From NCBI GenBank assembly GCA_963745025.1, contig CAVUWD010000011.1, forward strand, positions 576,001 to 640,000: a stretch of 64,000 bases of DNA, given 5' to 3'. Of the stretch, positions 1-9,868 are shown in pieces. The translations under genes were made by a program, and so were the position numbers. The DNA is from an uncultured delta proteobacterium (GTDB lineage Bacteria > Desulfobacterota > Binatia > JACPRU01). The notes beneath the pieces were generated by a model that was not told the DNA's origin, did not search any database, and worked only from the letters and a program-made list of their open reading frames with translations. Position 1 is the first letter of the stretch; every line of letters starts with the position of its first letter.

Positions 1-418
1 CGGCCCCGTCATCCGCCACAAACACGGCGAGCAGCTTCGCGGGCTTGCTGCGGCTCGCATTCTCGCTGACCAGATGATGCGCTCCCGGATCCTCGAAGAA
101 CGTCTCGCCCGCGCGATAGACACGCGGCGCACCCGCGTCGACCTGCGAGCGGATCGCCCCTGAGACCACGTAGGCGAAAACCACCCCCGCGTGATGGTGG
201 GGATTGGACTTTCCTCCCGGCGCATAGTCGACCGCCACGGCCGTCAAGGTCTTTCCCGGAACGTTCGGTAGCTTCTGCGAGAAGATCACCTGAGCGTGAT
301 CTCCTCCACCGGCGGCCGTCGCGAGGCGCGGCGTCGGGACCGCTCCCGTGAGTGCGAGGAGCACCGCGGCAGCGGCGAGGCGCATCGGCCTTTCGAGTCG
401 AAGTCGTCTGTTCGTCAT
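1..418 (-). CDS. cupin domain-containing protein (3' end runs off window)
   Basis: Manual translation from ATG 418 (GGAGG RBS upstream): signal-like N-terminus, then KLPNVPGKTLTAVAVDYAPGGKSNPHHHAGVVFAYVVSGAIRSQV...GETFFEDPGAHHLVSENAS, a cupin motif. Not in the ORF track. Confidence 0.85.
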   Translation of the reverse strand, partial: MTNRRLRLERPMRLAAAAVLLALTGAVPTPRLATAAGGGDHAQVIFSQKLPNVPGKTLTAVAVDYAPGGKSNPHHHAGVVFAYVVSGAIRSQVDAGAPRVYRAGETFFEDPGAHHLVSENASRSKPAKLLAVFVADDGA

Positions 419-462
419 CGTTGACCTCCGTTCGGGAGCCGATCCGTGGGGGAGCCCCCACA

Positions 463-1119
463 TCAAAAGCTGCTGGCCTCGGCGAGCCCCTGCTCTCTCG
501 CGGCGCGTTCCTGCGCGGCGACGGCGCGCTGGAAACCGTCGCGCGGCTCCAGGCGCTCCCAATACTTCTTCACGGCGCCCGAGAAGTGTCCGTCGAGTGA
601 GAGAGACTTCGCCAGCATCAATGCATAGCCAACCGATATGTCGGCAGCCGTGAAACGGTTCGCGCAGATGTAGTGGTGAGAGGATACGATCGCGTCGACC
701 CCCCGCAGCCGCCCACGGAACCACTTCTCGTAGTCCTGCGCAACCTGCGGCACGCGCCGCTCCACGGGCTCGAGCCGGGTGTAGCGCAAGACGATGGTCT
801 GCGGGAACGTGAGGGTCGCCTCGCCGAAATGCAGCGCATTGAGGAAGGCGCCGTAGTCCGGCTCGTCAACTGTGACGGCAAGCGGCGTCGGACCATAGCG
901 GGTGACGAGATACTGACAGATCGCGGCCGATTCCGTCATCTTCGTCGCGCCGTCGAAGAAGCAGGGAACCGTGCCGAGCGGATTGATCTCGAGATAGTGC
1001 TTGGCGAGCACCCGAGGTGGAAATGGCAGCATCTTCAGCGCGTAGGAAAGCCGGAGCTCCTCCAGCGTCCACAGCGGACGAAACGAGCGAGCACTCATGC
1101 AATGATAAAGGGTGATCAT
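463..1119 (-). CDS. glutathione S-transferase family protein
   Basis: MITLYHCMSARSFRPLWTLEEL, INPLGTVP, MTESAAICQYL and FTAADISVGY are GST N- and C-domain motifs; GGAGG RBS before ATG 1119. Confidence 0.92.
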   Translation of the reverse strand: MITLYHCMSARSFRPLWTLEELRLSYALKMLPFPPRVLAKHYLEINPLGTVPCFFDGATKMTESAAICQYLVTRYGPTPLAVTVDEPDYGAFLNALHFGEATLTFPQTIVLRYTRLEPVERRVPQVAQDYEKWFRGRLRGVDAIVSSHHYICANRFTAADISVGYALMLAKSLSLDGHFSGAVKKYWERLEPRDGFQRAVAAQERAAREQGLAEASSF

Positions 1120-1286
1120 GACCGTCCTCCCTCCGACCGCGGTGCAGGACCCACGGAGTGCGGCTGCGTTGTGCCGGCCTTGTTTGTCGCTCCGCAGAAA
1201 TGGCGCGTCAAGATTCGCGGCCCGTGGCCGCACGGAGCTCGAAGTTTCCTGCGCCCCACGCTAAAGAGAACGGCAAGGGAGATCTC

Positions 1287-2075
1287 ATGAACGATCGAAT
1301 CGTATCCGTGGAGCGGGAAGCGACGATCGCCGTCGTCCGCTTCGATCGGGGCGGAAGCTTGAACGCCTTCAACCAGACGCTCATTCGCGAGCTCACGGCC
1401 GTGGCGCGCGACTTCCACGACGATCTCGAGACCCGCGCGGTCGTTCTCACCGGCTCTCGCGAGGCCTTTTCGGCCGGCATCGACCTGCGCGATGCCGAGA
1501 CCTGGTCCCGCGCCGCGAGCGACGTCGCCGCGCGCGAGCAGTTCTATCGCGGCGTGCGGCTCTGCAGGGCTTGGGAAGACATGCCGCAGATCACGATCGC
1601 CGCGATCGAAGGTCTCGCCGTCGGTGCCGGAGTCGCCCTGGCGATCACGTGCGATTGGCGCGTGATCGCCCGCGACGCCTACCTCTACGTTCCCGAGGTG
1701 CGGATCGGGCTCAACCTCCAGTGGGGGGCGTTGCCGCGTCTCGTGAGCCTCGTCGGCCCCGCGCGCGCGAAGCGGATCACGATTCTCTGCGAGCGCATGG
1801 GGGCGAACCAAGCGGCCGAGTGGGGGCTCGTCGAGGAGGTCGCGGATCCCGGACGAGCGGTGGACGCCGCGCTCGAGCTCGCGCGGCGGGCCGCAGAGAT
1901 GCCTCCCGCCGCCACGCGGATGGTGAAAGAAGCCGTGAACGCGACCGCGGGCGCCCTCCACCACGCGACGTCCTTCGCCGACGCCGACCAGAGCGCGCTT
2001 ACCGCGACCCATCGCGACGCAAACGCGGCCCGGGCTGCGTTTGCGACTCGCGGTCGTGGCTCGTCGCAGAGCTGA
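1287..2075 (+). CDS. enoyl-CoA hydratase/isomerase family protein
   Basis: AFSAGIDL, IAAIEGLAVGAGVALAITCDWRV and PEVRIGL are crotonase motifs. Confidence 0.92.
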   Translation: MNDRIVSVEREATIAVVRFDRGGSLNAFNQTLIRELTAVARDFHDDLETRAVVLTGSREAFSAGIDLRDAETWSRAASDVAAREQFYRGVRLCRAWEDMPQITIAAIEGLAVGAGVALAITCDWRVIARDAYLYVPEVRIGLNLQWGALPRLVSLVGPARAKRITILCERMGANQAAEWGLVEEVADPGRAVDAALELARRAAEMPPAATRMVKEAVNATAGALHHATSFADADQSALTATHRDANAARAAFATRGRGSSQS

Positions 2076-2203
2076 AGCCGTCGCGCCCTTGGCGCCCCAG
2101 ACCGATCGCGCGGCGCCTCGATGCGGACAAGCGCGAGGCGTTGAATCGATGGAGCCGGCGGCCGTTTTCGCTCCACCTTCGTGAGAGCTATACGCTCCGG
2201 GTC

Positions 2204-3505
2204 GTGGATCGTCTCACGGGCGTCGCAAGGTGGGGGCTCGCGTTGGCAATCGCGTGCGTGCTCCAACCGACTCCCGCCGGCGCGATCCCGGTCTTCGCTC
2301 GCATCTACGACAAGCCCTGCGGAACCTGCCACACCGTGTTCCCGCAGCTCAATCCCGCGGGCGAGAACTTCCGCGCGCACGGTTTTCACGGCCTACCCGC
2401 TGCGGTGAAGCCGCTTCACGCCGGTTCTCTGGAAGTGCCGGGAACGTTGCCGCTGGCGCTCTATTTCACCGTGGGGGAGGACGTGAGCCAAGAACGAAGC
2501 GGCGCAACGCGCACGCACTTCAACGTGGACGCCTTCAGCCTGCTCGCCGGTGGCGAGCTCGGCTCACGTTTGGCCTTCCTCGTCGACTACGAGCTGGTCG
2601 AGACGGAGCCGGATACCGGGGACGTCACGATCAACTCCTTGCCCGAGCAGGCATACCTGCAGGCGCATGCCGAGCCCGCGGGATGGCTGGGGAATCTGCG
2701 GCTCGGTTGGTTCGAGCTGCCGCTTGGCGTTTCGCCGCGCGTGCACCGTCTGTCTGCGGCGCCGTATCTGACCTACGGGCTGACGGCGTGCCGGCTTCTC
2801 GGCAGCGCGCCGCCCGGAGTCGCCTGCGACGACGTCGCCGTACTCGACGAGGCCCAGATCGGCGCCGAGATCGGCGGGCTCGCTCCGGCGACGGGCTTCG
2901 GCTGGGTGCTCGGCGCGACTAACGGCAGCAACAACCGATTGGATGACAGCGCGAGCCAGGATTTCTACGCGCGCGTGAGCCAGCCGATCGGCCTCCACCG
3001 CATCGGGCTCTTCGTCTTTTACAGCCCGGACCTGCTCGGTGCGGGGCCTCCCGACCGCACGCTGCGGGTCGGCCCCGACGTCAGCTGGTACGACCGCCGT
3101 CTTCGCGTGCTCGCGCAGTTTCTCGCCAACCACGAGTCGAATCCCACCGGCCATTCCGAGGGCCTCTGGTACTATGGTGGCTTCGTGGAAGGCGAGTACC
3201 GCTTCACGACCTGGTTGCTTGGGCTGGTGAGGACGGAGTACGCGTGGACCCCGCGGTTCGACGATCGCAGCGAAGGCGGTGAAACGGACGTGCGCCGGCG
3301 GCTCTGGTCCGTCACGGGAGGCGGCCAGTGGCTGCTTCTGCAGAACTTCAAGCTGGTGGCGGAGGTGACGTTCCAGGAGGATCGCGAGACCGTGAGCAAT
3401 ACCAACGACCACACCTGGTTCGGGACGATTCGAGCCGTCAGCGCGTTCTGGGCGTTGGAGCCGCTCGTCGGGTTCAGCGCTTGGCGGCGCGGGGCAACGC
3501 GATGA
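2204..3505 (+). CDS. Cyc2-like fused monoheme cytochrome c / outer-membrane beta-barrel
   Basis: Signal peptide, then AIPVFARIYDKPCGTCHTVFPQLNPAGENFRAHGF (PxFAR..CxxCH..PxL), then about 350 aa of amphipathic beta strands. Start taken as GTG 2204 within ORF 1571..3505. Confidence 0.75.
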   Translation: MDRLTGVARWGLALAIACVLQPTPAGAIPVFARIYDKPCGTCHTVFPQLNPAGENFRAHGFHGLPAAVKPLHAGSLEVPGTLPLALYFTVGEDVSQERSGATRTHFNVDAFSLLAGGELGSRLAFLVDYELVETEPDTGDVTINSLPEQAYLQAHAEPAGWLGNLRLGWFELPLGVSPRVHRLSAAPYLTYGLTACRLLGSAPPGVACDDVAVLDEAQIGAEIGGLAPATGFGWVLGATNGSNNRLDDSASQDFYARVSQPIGLHRIGLFVFYSPDLLGAGPPDRTLRVGPDVSWYDRRLRVLAQFLANHESNPTGHSEGLWYYGGFVEGEYRFTTWLLGLVRTEYAWTPRFDDRSEGGETDVRRRLWSVTGGGQWLLLQNFKLVAEVTFQEDRETVSNTNDHTWFGTIRAVSAFWALEPLVGFSAWRRGATR

Positions 3506-4080
3506 GAGCCGTCGTCGCTACGCTGCTGTGGGCGGGATTCCTGGTGGTCCCGGCTCATGCGGGCTCCGTCACCGGCAGGGCGACCGTCGACGGGACGCCG
3601 GCGAGCGACGGCATCGTGTATCTCGAGGGGGCGGATTCAGGCCCGGCCTCGCCGTCGCCTCGGCATGCCGCCATGGATCAGAAGAACCTGACGTTCGTCC
3701 CGGCACTGCTGCCGATCGTCCGCGGCACCGTCGTCGACTTCACGAACAGCGACGACGTCCAGCACAACGTCTTCTCGCCGTCGCCCGCCGGCGGCAAGTT
3801 CAACTTGGGCACGTATGGCCCGGGCGCGGGCCGCAGCGTCACGTTCGACGAGACCGGGGACGTCGTCGTGCTGTGCAACATCCACATGGAGATGGAGGCC
3901 CACATCCTCGTCCTGGCCAACCACTACTTTTCGACCGTCGCCCCGGACGGGCGCTACCGAATCGAGAGCGTGCCCGCGGGAACGTATGCATTGAGGATCT
4001 GGAAGGGCCGCTGGTTGCCTCCCAGCGACAAGGTCGAGGTCTCGGCGGACGGCACGCTCGAGGTCGACGTCTCGAGATAG
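3502..4080 (+). CDS. secreted cupredoxin-domain protein with carboxypeptidase-regulatory-like flanks
   Basis: ATGA overlap with the upstream stop; signal peptide; MDQKNLTFVP, HNVFS and CNIHMEM give the His/Cys/His/Met type-1 copper ligand set. Confidence 0.82.
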   Translation: MRAVVATLLWAGFLVVPAHAGSVTGRATVDGTPASDGIVYLEGADSGPASPSPRHAAMDQKNLTFVPALLPIVRGTVVDFTNSDDVQHNVFSPSPAGGKFNLGTYGPGAGRSVTFDETGDVVVLCNIHMEMEAHILVLANHYFSTVAPDGRYRIESVPAGTYALRIWKGRWLPPSDKVEVSADGTLEVDVSR

Positions 4081-4087
4081 GTCGGGC

Positions 4088-5924
4088 GTGCGGATCGCGT
4101 TCACACCACGCCACTGGAGTATCCGCGCGAAGGGCGTGCTCGTCGCGATCGGGTACCTGCTCGCGCTGTCCGGCATCTACAGCACCTTCACGATCTACCT
4201 TTACCGGCGGGAGGCCGAGCAGGCGTACGACCGCTTCGAGCAGACCGCTCGCATCGTCGCCGGCGATCTCGACGCATACGTTGCCAACGGAGAGCAGCGG
4301 CTACGAACCGTCACGCGCCTGCCCGGGCTCGCCTACGGTCTAAAGACCATTCAGGAAGCCCACCCGAGCGCCTACATTCCGCCGTGGACGACGCTCCATT
4401 ACCTATTCTTCAAGTCGCCCGTCTTTACGGGCGGCGTGTTTCTCCTCGACCGGGCGGGGAAGGTGCTCTGGACGGAGCCGCCGGGGCTGCCCTGGCACGG
4501 CGAGACGCTCACCGACATCGAGCCTGTCGCGGCGATGTACGAGACACGCCGCGGCATCGTCTCCGCTGTCCTCGCGGAGGACCGGCTGCTCGCCCGGCCG
4601 CACGTCATCGTCGGCGTGCCGGTCGAGGACGAGACGGGCGAGATGCAAGGTGTCCTCGCCGGCATCGTAGACCTCACCGCAACCGAGTTCCGCGGCGTCC
4701 TCGCGGCGGTCTCGACGACCGCGGGGCGCTTCGTCGAGGTGCTCGACCAGCGCGGAGTGGTGCTCGCCGGCACCGACCCGTCGCGGCTCTTTCGCCCCTC
4801 CGACCGTTACGGGAGTGACGGTGAAAAACCGATGCTCGCGTCTCTGTCCCTCTCGCGCGCGCCGTGGCGCATCGTCGCGGGCCAGCCGCGGTCGCTCGGC
4901 CTGGCGGCCGTACGTCGGTTGCAGCGCGCCCTGTGGGGAATCGGCGGCGCGCTGCTGATCGTCGCGGCGGCGATCGCGACGCCGATCTTGAACGGCTTCG
5001 TGCGCTCCATCAAGCAGCTGACGCAAGCGGCGGAGACGGTCGCGCGAGGGGATCTCACCCAGCCGGTCACGGTCGGAGAGCGCTCCGACGAGATTGGCAC
5101 CTTGGCGCGCTCCTTCGAGCTGATGCGGGTTCAGTTGAGTCGCTCGCGGCAGGCTCTGGAGCAGCGGCTCGAGGAGCGCGAGGAGCTCATCCAGCTGCTC
5201 ATGCGCACGAACGAGGAGCTGAAAGCGGCGCAGAAACGCTTGGTCGAGGCAGAGCGGTTCGCGGCGATCGGCGAGCTCTCCGCCGCGGTTGCGCACGGAA
5301 TTCGCAATCCCGTGGCCGGGATCAAGGCCGCGGCGCAGTTCGCCGCCCTCGATCTGCCGAAGGAACATCCGCTGCGCGAGAACATCGCCGACATCATCAC
5401 CGAAACCGACAAGCTCGAGGCACGGATCAAGACGCTGCTCGATTTCGCCAAGCCGTTCGAGCCGCACCCGCGGCGATGTCGCGTCGACGCGATCGTCGGC
5501 GACGCGGTCGACTCGTTGCGAAGTCAGCTGGCGCGCCAGAAGGATCGAGGTCGTGATCGATGTCGACCGCGCCTTGCCTGCGGTGGCGGTCGACTATGCG
5601 CAGATCGAGCAGGTCCTCCTCGCGCTGATCTCGAACGCGGTTGAAGCGATGACGGAGGGTGGCCGCATCTCGATCCGCGCGCGCTCGAAGGGCGCCGACC
5701 GCCTACGCCTCGAAGTCGAGGACAGCGGACCCGGGATCCGGCCGGACCAGCTGCGTCGGATCTTCGACCTCTTCTTCACGACGAAGTCGAGCGGCACCGG
5801 CATGGGTCTTGCCGTCGCACGAAAGATCGTGGAGCGCCATGTGGGCACGATCACGGTCGAGAGCGAGGTCGGCAAGGGCACGCGGTTCACGATCGAGCTG
5901 CCGATCAGTCACGCCACCACGTAG
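4088..5924 (+). CDS. sensor histidine kinase (TM-Cache-TM-HAMP-HisKA-HATPase), one frameshift near 5542
   Basis: VAHGIRNPVAGI H-box in ORF 4088..5644; NAVEA, DSGPGI and GTGMGL boxes continue in the frame of ORF 5289..5924; extra G in cagaaggatcgag. Confidence 0.88.
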
Positions 5925-6021
5925 TCGTGCTCGCTGGGGCTCTTCCCCCATGCCGCGCCAGGGGCTCTCGCCATAGCCCTCCAAACTCCCTGTACCGATG
6001 CGAGATTGCTGCGCCTTCGCC

Positions 6022-6038
6022 TTGGCCGGGTGTTTGCA
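6022..6038 (+). promoter_or_regulatory. sigma54 -24/-12 promoter
   Basis: TTGGCCGGGTGTTTGCA (GG-N10-GC), about 15 nt before GTG 6052. Confidence 0.6.
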
Positions 6039-6051
6039 TACTCACGACACG

Positions 6052-6420
6052 GTGCTCGAGCGTTTGCTGATCGTGGAGGACGAGGAGATCCTGCGAAAAC
6101 ACCTCGCGCGGCTGTTCGTCCGCGAAGGCTTCGCCGTGGCGGCGGCTGGCACCTGCGCCGAGGCGATCCGCGAGCTGTCCGGCGCCCGCTTCCGCGCGCT
6201 CATTCTCGACGTGCGCCTGCCGGACGGGGACGGACTCGACCTGCTGGCCGAGCTCCGCCACGATCGACGGCCGGCGGTGACGGTGGCGATCACCGCGTGG
6301 ACGACTCCGGAGAACGAGCTGCGCGCCGCTCGGCTCGGCGTCGCCCGCCTGCTGCGGAAGCCTATCGACCTGCGCCAGCTCGTGAACGTGGTCCGCATAG
6401 GAACGCCTCCGGGGATCTGA
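6052..6420 (+). CDS. single-domain response regulator
   Basis: LLIVEDEE, ILDVRLPDGDGLDLL, AITAW and LRKPID are receiver motifs. Confidence 0.88.
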   Translation: MLERLLIVEDEEILRKHLARLFVREGFAVAAAGTCAEAIRELSGARFRALILDVRLPDGDGLDLLAELRHDRRPAVTVAITAWTTPENELRAARLGVARLLRKPIDLRQLVNVVRIGTPPGI

Positions 6421-6447
6421 GCCGCTCGGCGCCGCCGCGGCTCCGCT

Positions 6448-7851
6448 TCATTCGTCTGCGCCCTTCTCGCCGAGAGCGAACTTCTCGATCCGGTAGCGCA
6501 GCGTATCCCGCGAAAGGCCGAGGAGTCGCGCCGCGGCGCTCTGGTTGCCCCCCGCCTTTTCCAGAGCTCGGACCAGCAGCGCGCGTTCCACTGCCTCGAG
6601 CGAGAGGCCGCCGTCCGGCAGATCGACCTCCACGGAGCCCGAAGGCGCCACGCGGACGCGGCCGGCGGACGGCGCGACCGGCCCGATGCCGAGGTCCTCC
6701 GCTTCGACGGGATCGCGGTCGGTGAGGAGAACGACACGCTCCATGGTGTTGGCGACCTCTCGGACGTTTCCCGGCCAGGCATAGCCGGAGATCGCGGCCT
6801 CGGCCCCCGGCGAAAGCGTCCGCGGCGGCGTGGCGTAACGCCGACAGGCGGCATCGAGCAGCGTCCTGGCGAGGCGCAGCGCATCGCCGTCGCGCTCGCG
6901 CAGCGGCGGAATCCGGATCACGGCCACCGCCAGCCGCTGATAGAGATCCTCGCGGAATTCGCCGAGGTGCGCGGCGGCCTCGAGATCGCGATTGGTCGCG
7001 GCGATGATCTGCACGTCGATGCGCCTCGGCGCATTGCCGCCGACGCGGCGGACGACCTTCTCTTCGATGACCTTCAGGAACTTCGCCTGCAGCGTCGGCG
7101 AGACGTGACCGATCTCGTCGAGAAACAACGTTCCGCCGTCGGCCGTTTCGAAGAGGCCCGCGCGTGCAGCCTTCGCATCCGTGAACGCCCCCTTCTCGTA
7201 GCCGAAGAGCTCCGATTCGACGAGGTTCTCCGGCAGCGCAGTGCAGTTCACCTCGATGAACGGGCCGCCGTGCCGTCCGCCCGCGGCGTGCAGAGCGCGG
7301 GCCACGTGGCCCTTGCCGCTGCCCGTCTCGCCGAGGAGCAGCACGGTCGGAGCCGGAGAGCCGGGACCGGCCGTCATCCGTGCGATGCGGGCGATCCGCT
7401 CGCGCAGGCTCATGGCGACGGCCGATTCGCCGAGGATCGGGCCCGCGCTTGCGCGACGGTCGCGATAGTAGGACACCTCCCGGCGCTCGCGCGCGGCCTT
7501 CAGTGCCGCATCGACTTTGAGCAGGATCTCGTCCAGCTCGAACGGCTTCTGCACGAAATCCCGCGCCCCTCGCCGCATGGCGTCCACCGCGTCGGCGATC
7601 GAGCCGTGCGCGGTCATCATGATGACCGGAAGGTTCGGATCGGTGGCTCTCAGCCAGTCGAGCAGGTCGAGCCCGTTACCATCCGGGAGCCTGAGATCGA
7701 GCAGCACGACGTCTACGGGTGCCGCCGAGAGCATGCGCTTTGCCGCGGCGAGCCCTGTCGCGTGCGATGACTCGATGCCGCTGCGCGCAAAGAGCTTCAC
7801 GAGGCTCCGCGCGAGGACCTCCTCATCTTCGACGATCAACAGCCCGGGCAT
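6448..7851 (-). CDS. sigma54-dependent response regulator (NtrC family)
   Basis: Receiver domain, GETGSGKG Walker A, GAFTDA, LFLDEIG, WPGNVRE and a Fis-type HTH. Confidence 0.95.
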   Translation of the reverse strand: MPGLLIVEDEEVLARSLVKLFARSGIESSHATGLAAAKRMLSAAPVDVVLLDLRLPDGNGLDLLDWLRATDPNLPVIMMTAHGSIADAVDAMRRGARDFVQKPFELDEILLKVDAALKAARERREVSYYRDRRASAGPILGESAVAMSLRERIARIARMTAGPGSPAPTVLLLGETGSGKGHVARALHAAGGRHGGPFIEVNCTALPENLVESELFGYEKGAFTDAKAARAGLFETADGGTLFLDEIGHVSPTLQAKFLKVIEEKVVRRVGGNAPRRIDVQIIAATNRDLEAAAHLGEFREDLYQRLAVAVIRIPPLRERDGDALRLARTLLDAACRRYATPPRTLSPGAEAAISGYAWPGNVREVANTMERVVLLTDRDPVEAEDLGIGPVAPSAGRVRVAPSGSVEVDLPDGGLSLEAVERALLVRALEKAGGNQSAAARLLGLSRDTLRYRIEKFALGEKGADE

Positions 7852-8139
7852 GATGCCTCCGTCGGATTACCTCTAAGACGGGAGCGACCCGTCGGCAAGG
7901 AACTCGGCGAGCCCAGCTCATTCGCGACGGCGGACGGAGAAAGGCAGGCGGCCATGCGCCGCTACCTGCTCAGACGATTCTGGGCGAGTGCGCTGATTTC
8001 CGCCGGGCGCACGGCGATCGTGTGGCGTGAAGGTGAAGATGAGATCCAGCGATCCTTCAGACCCCGCCGGGTATAGGGAGGCGTCAGAGAGACGCCGATC
8101 CCTGAGCGCTACGTCGGTCCCCGTGGAGGGGCTTCCGAA

Positions 8140-9063
8140 TCAACCGGCTTCGTCGTCGTCTTCGATCGAGCGTAACGCCTGCGCCGCGGTTTCTCGAACC
8201 TGCGCGCTCGAGTCGCTGCGCGCGGCGATGGCGAGCGGCCGGATCGCGTCGTCGCTCCAGGTGCGCCCCAGAGCGACGGCGGCCGCCTCGCGTACCGCGG
8301 GGTTTGCGTCTCCCCCGAGAGCCTCGGCAAGCGGGGCCACGGCTCTTTCGTCCCACGTCGCCCCGAGAGCGGCGGCCGCCGCCTCGCGAACGGACGGATC
8401 CACGTCCCCGGACACGGACGCGGACAGCGGCTCGACTGCCTCGCCGCTCCACGTGCCGCCGAGCGCGCGGGCCGCGCTCTCTCTGACCGACGAGTCTGTG
8501 TCCTCGAGGATCGCTTGCCCGAGGGCAGGCACCGCGTCCGCTGCTTCCGGGCTGCCGAGCGCCGCTGCGGCTTCGCTACGCGCTATCGGACTCGCGGCCT
8601 CGAGGAGGACTCGGTCGAGTGGATCGGGCTCCGCTTCACTGGCCGCGACGGCGGTGGCCACGCCGGGCGAGTCTGAAGGTCCGGGCCGCGGGTACACGTG
8701 CACCGCAGCGAGCCTCACGGCCGGCGGTGCCGCGCCCTCAGCCGGGCCGACCGGCGAATAGACGAAAGCGAAGCTCGTGTCGCGCAGGAGCTCTCGCAGG
8801 GCGTGCTCGAGCGGCACGTCGCGAAACGAAAGCCTTACTGCCTGGCTGGCGCTCCCGAACACGACGATCTTCACCCCGCTCGCGCCGCCGATCTTGCCGA
8901 GAACCTCGGCGAGCGTCGCTGCCGCGTCGCCCGAGAGCCGACCGTCGCGCACCTCGATCCGCTGCTCGCGCGAACCGCTGGCGCTCCGAACGACGGTGCC
9001 GCCTAACGCAACCCCGGGGAAAAGGGCGGCGATCAGGACTAAGGCCGTCTTTCGGAGCGCCAT
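8140..9063 (-). CDS. secreted HEAT/PBS-repeat protein with N-terminal secretin-N0/STN-like domain
   Basis: Signal peptide; TLAEVLGKIGGASGVKIVV..SFRDVPLEHALRELL; 4-5 repeats of about 32 aa (VRExAAxALGxTWxxxAVxPLxxA). Confidence 0.78.
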   Translation of the reverse strand: MALRKTALVLIAALFPGVALGGTVVRSASGSREQRIEVRDGRLSGDAAATLAEVLGKIGGASGVKIVVFGSASQAVRLSFRDVPLEHALRELLRDTSFAFVYSPVGPAEGAAPPAVRLAAVHVYPRPGPSDSPGVATAVAASEAEPDPLDRVLLEAASPIARSEAAAALGSPEAADAVPALGQAILEDTDSSVRESAARALGGTWSGEAVEPLSASVSGDVDPSVREAAAAALGATWDERAVAPLAEALGGDANPAVREAAAVALGRTWSDDAIRPLAIAARSDSSAQVRETAAQALRSIEDDDEAG

Positions 9064-9091
9064 GGTCGACCTCACCACTTGCTGACGACGG

Positions 9092-9470
9092 TTAACGCAC
9101 CCTGCAGGAGACGGTCTTTTCCGCGATCGGCACGTTCGTGGCGTCCAGAATCCGGCCGGTCACATTCCCCCTGGATGAAATTCCGCGAGATCGGCGTCGC
9201 ACCGGCGTTGATGTCGTGCCGGTTGCTGTCGAAGTCGAACTCCGCCTCCCCATTCACGGCGTCCTTGGGATCGGATGTCGCGCTGTTCAATCCGGAAATC
9301 GCCACCGCGTGGTACGAGCCAGCGGCGAGGTCTCTTCCATCGACCGAGATTTTCGACCGATGGCTCCGCTTCACGCATCGCACCCGCACGCTCGCCGCCT
9401 CGCTCTGTACCACCATCCCGAGCAGTGCGACGGCGCAGCCCATCACGACGGTATTCTTCCAGCTCTTCAT
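9092..9470 (-). CDS. small secreted hypothetical protein (frameshift in G run near 9170)
   Basis: MKSWKNTVVMGCAVALLGMVVQSEA signal peptide with AGGGAG RBS. Removing one G from CAGGGGGAAT gives the C-terminus NVTGRILDATNVPIAEKTVSCRVR-stop. Confidence 0.7.
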
Positions 9471-9532
9471 GACTTTCTCCCTTCGTCGATTCGTTTTTCG
9501 TTCGCGTCCCCGGTGGGACACTGGAGAGGATG

Positions 9533-9549
9533 AGCAACTGCCGTGCCGA
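9533..9549 (-). promoter_or_regulatory. sigma54 -24/-12 promoter
   Basis: TCGGCACGGCAGTTGCT on the minus strand, upstream of ATG 9470. Confidence 0.72.
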
Positions 9550-9600
9550 TGCGCGAAGCCGCGAATGGCTTGCTTTTCGGTGCGTGCGGGGCACGGAAGT

Positions 9601-9637
9601 TGGGGCAGATCCCCCAGCCTTGGGGCAGATGCCCCGC
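9601..9637. promoter_or_regulatory. pair of imperfect palindromes, candidate enhancer (UAS)
   Basis: TTGGGGCAGATCCCCCA and TTGGGGCAGATGCCCCG, about 20 bp apart and 50-90 bp upstream of the sigma54 box. Confidence 0.55.
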
Positions 9638-9662
9638 CCGCGGTGTCAGTCGGCCTTGAATC

Positions 9663-9708
9663 GGATGTTTTGGATGTTTTGGATGTTTTGGATGATTTGG
9701 ACGTTTGG
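9663..9708. repeat. 9-bp tandem repeat (GGATGTTTT)x3 plus two degenerate units
   Basis: ggatgtttt ggatgtttt ggatgtttt ggatgattt ggacgttt gg read directly. Confidence 0.85.
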
Positions 9709-9868
9709 TTGGAGGATCGCCCGGCCGACGCACCGACCGGAAGCGAGGCCGTCCTCGTTGTCGAACGTGAAGTGAATGCCCCCGTAAAGACGAGAGATGG
9801 CGGCTTCGGCGGCGGCCGCCTCGAAGGAACCGAAGCAAAGTGAACGGCCCGACCGCCACGGCGCCGCT

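Noticed and set aside
1571-2203. N-terminal extension of the cytochrome-porin ORF
   Set aside because: Overlaps the enoyl-CoA hydratase gene; the signal peptide begins near 2204.
5530-5550. Programmed frameshift in the histidine kinase
   Set aside because: No slippery heptamer; similar single-base indels elsewhere point to sequencing error.
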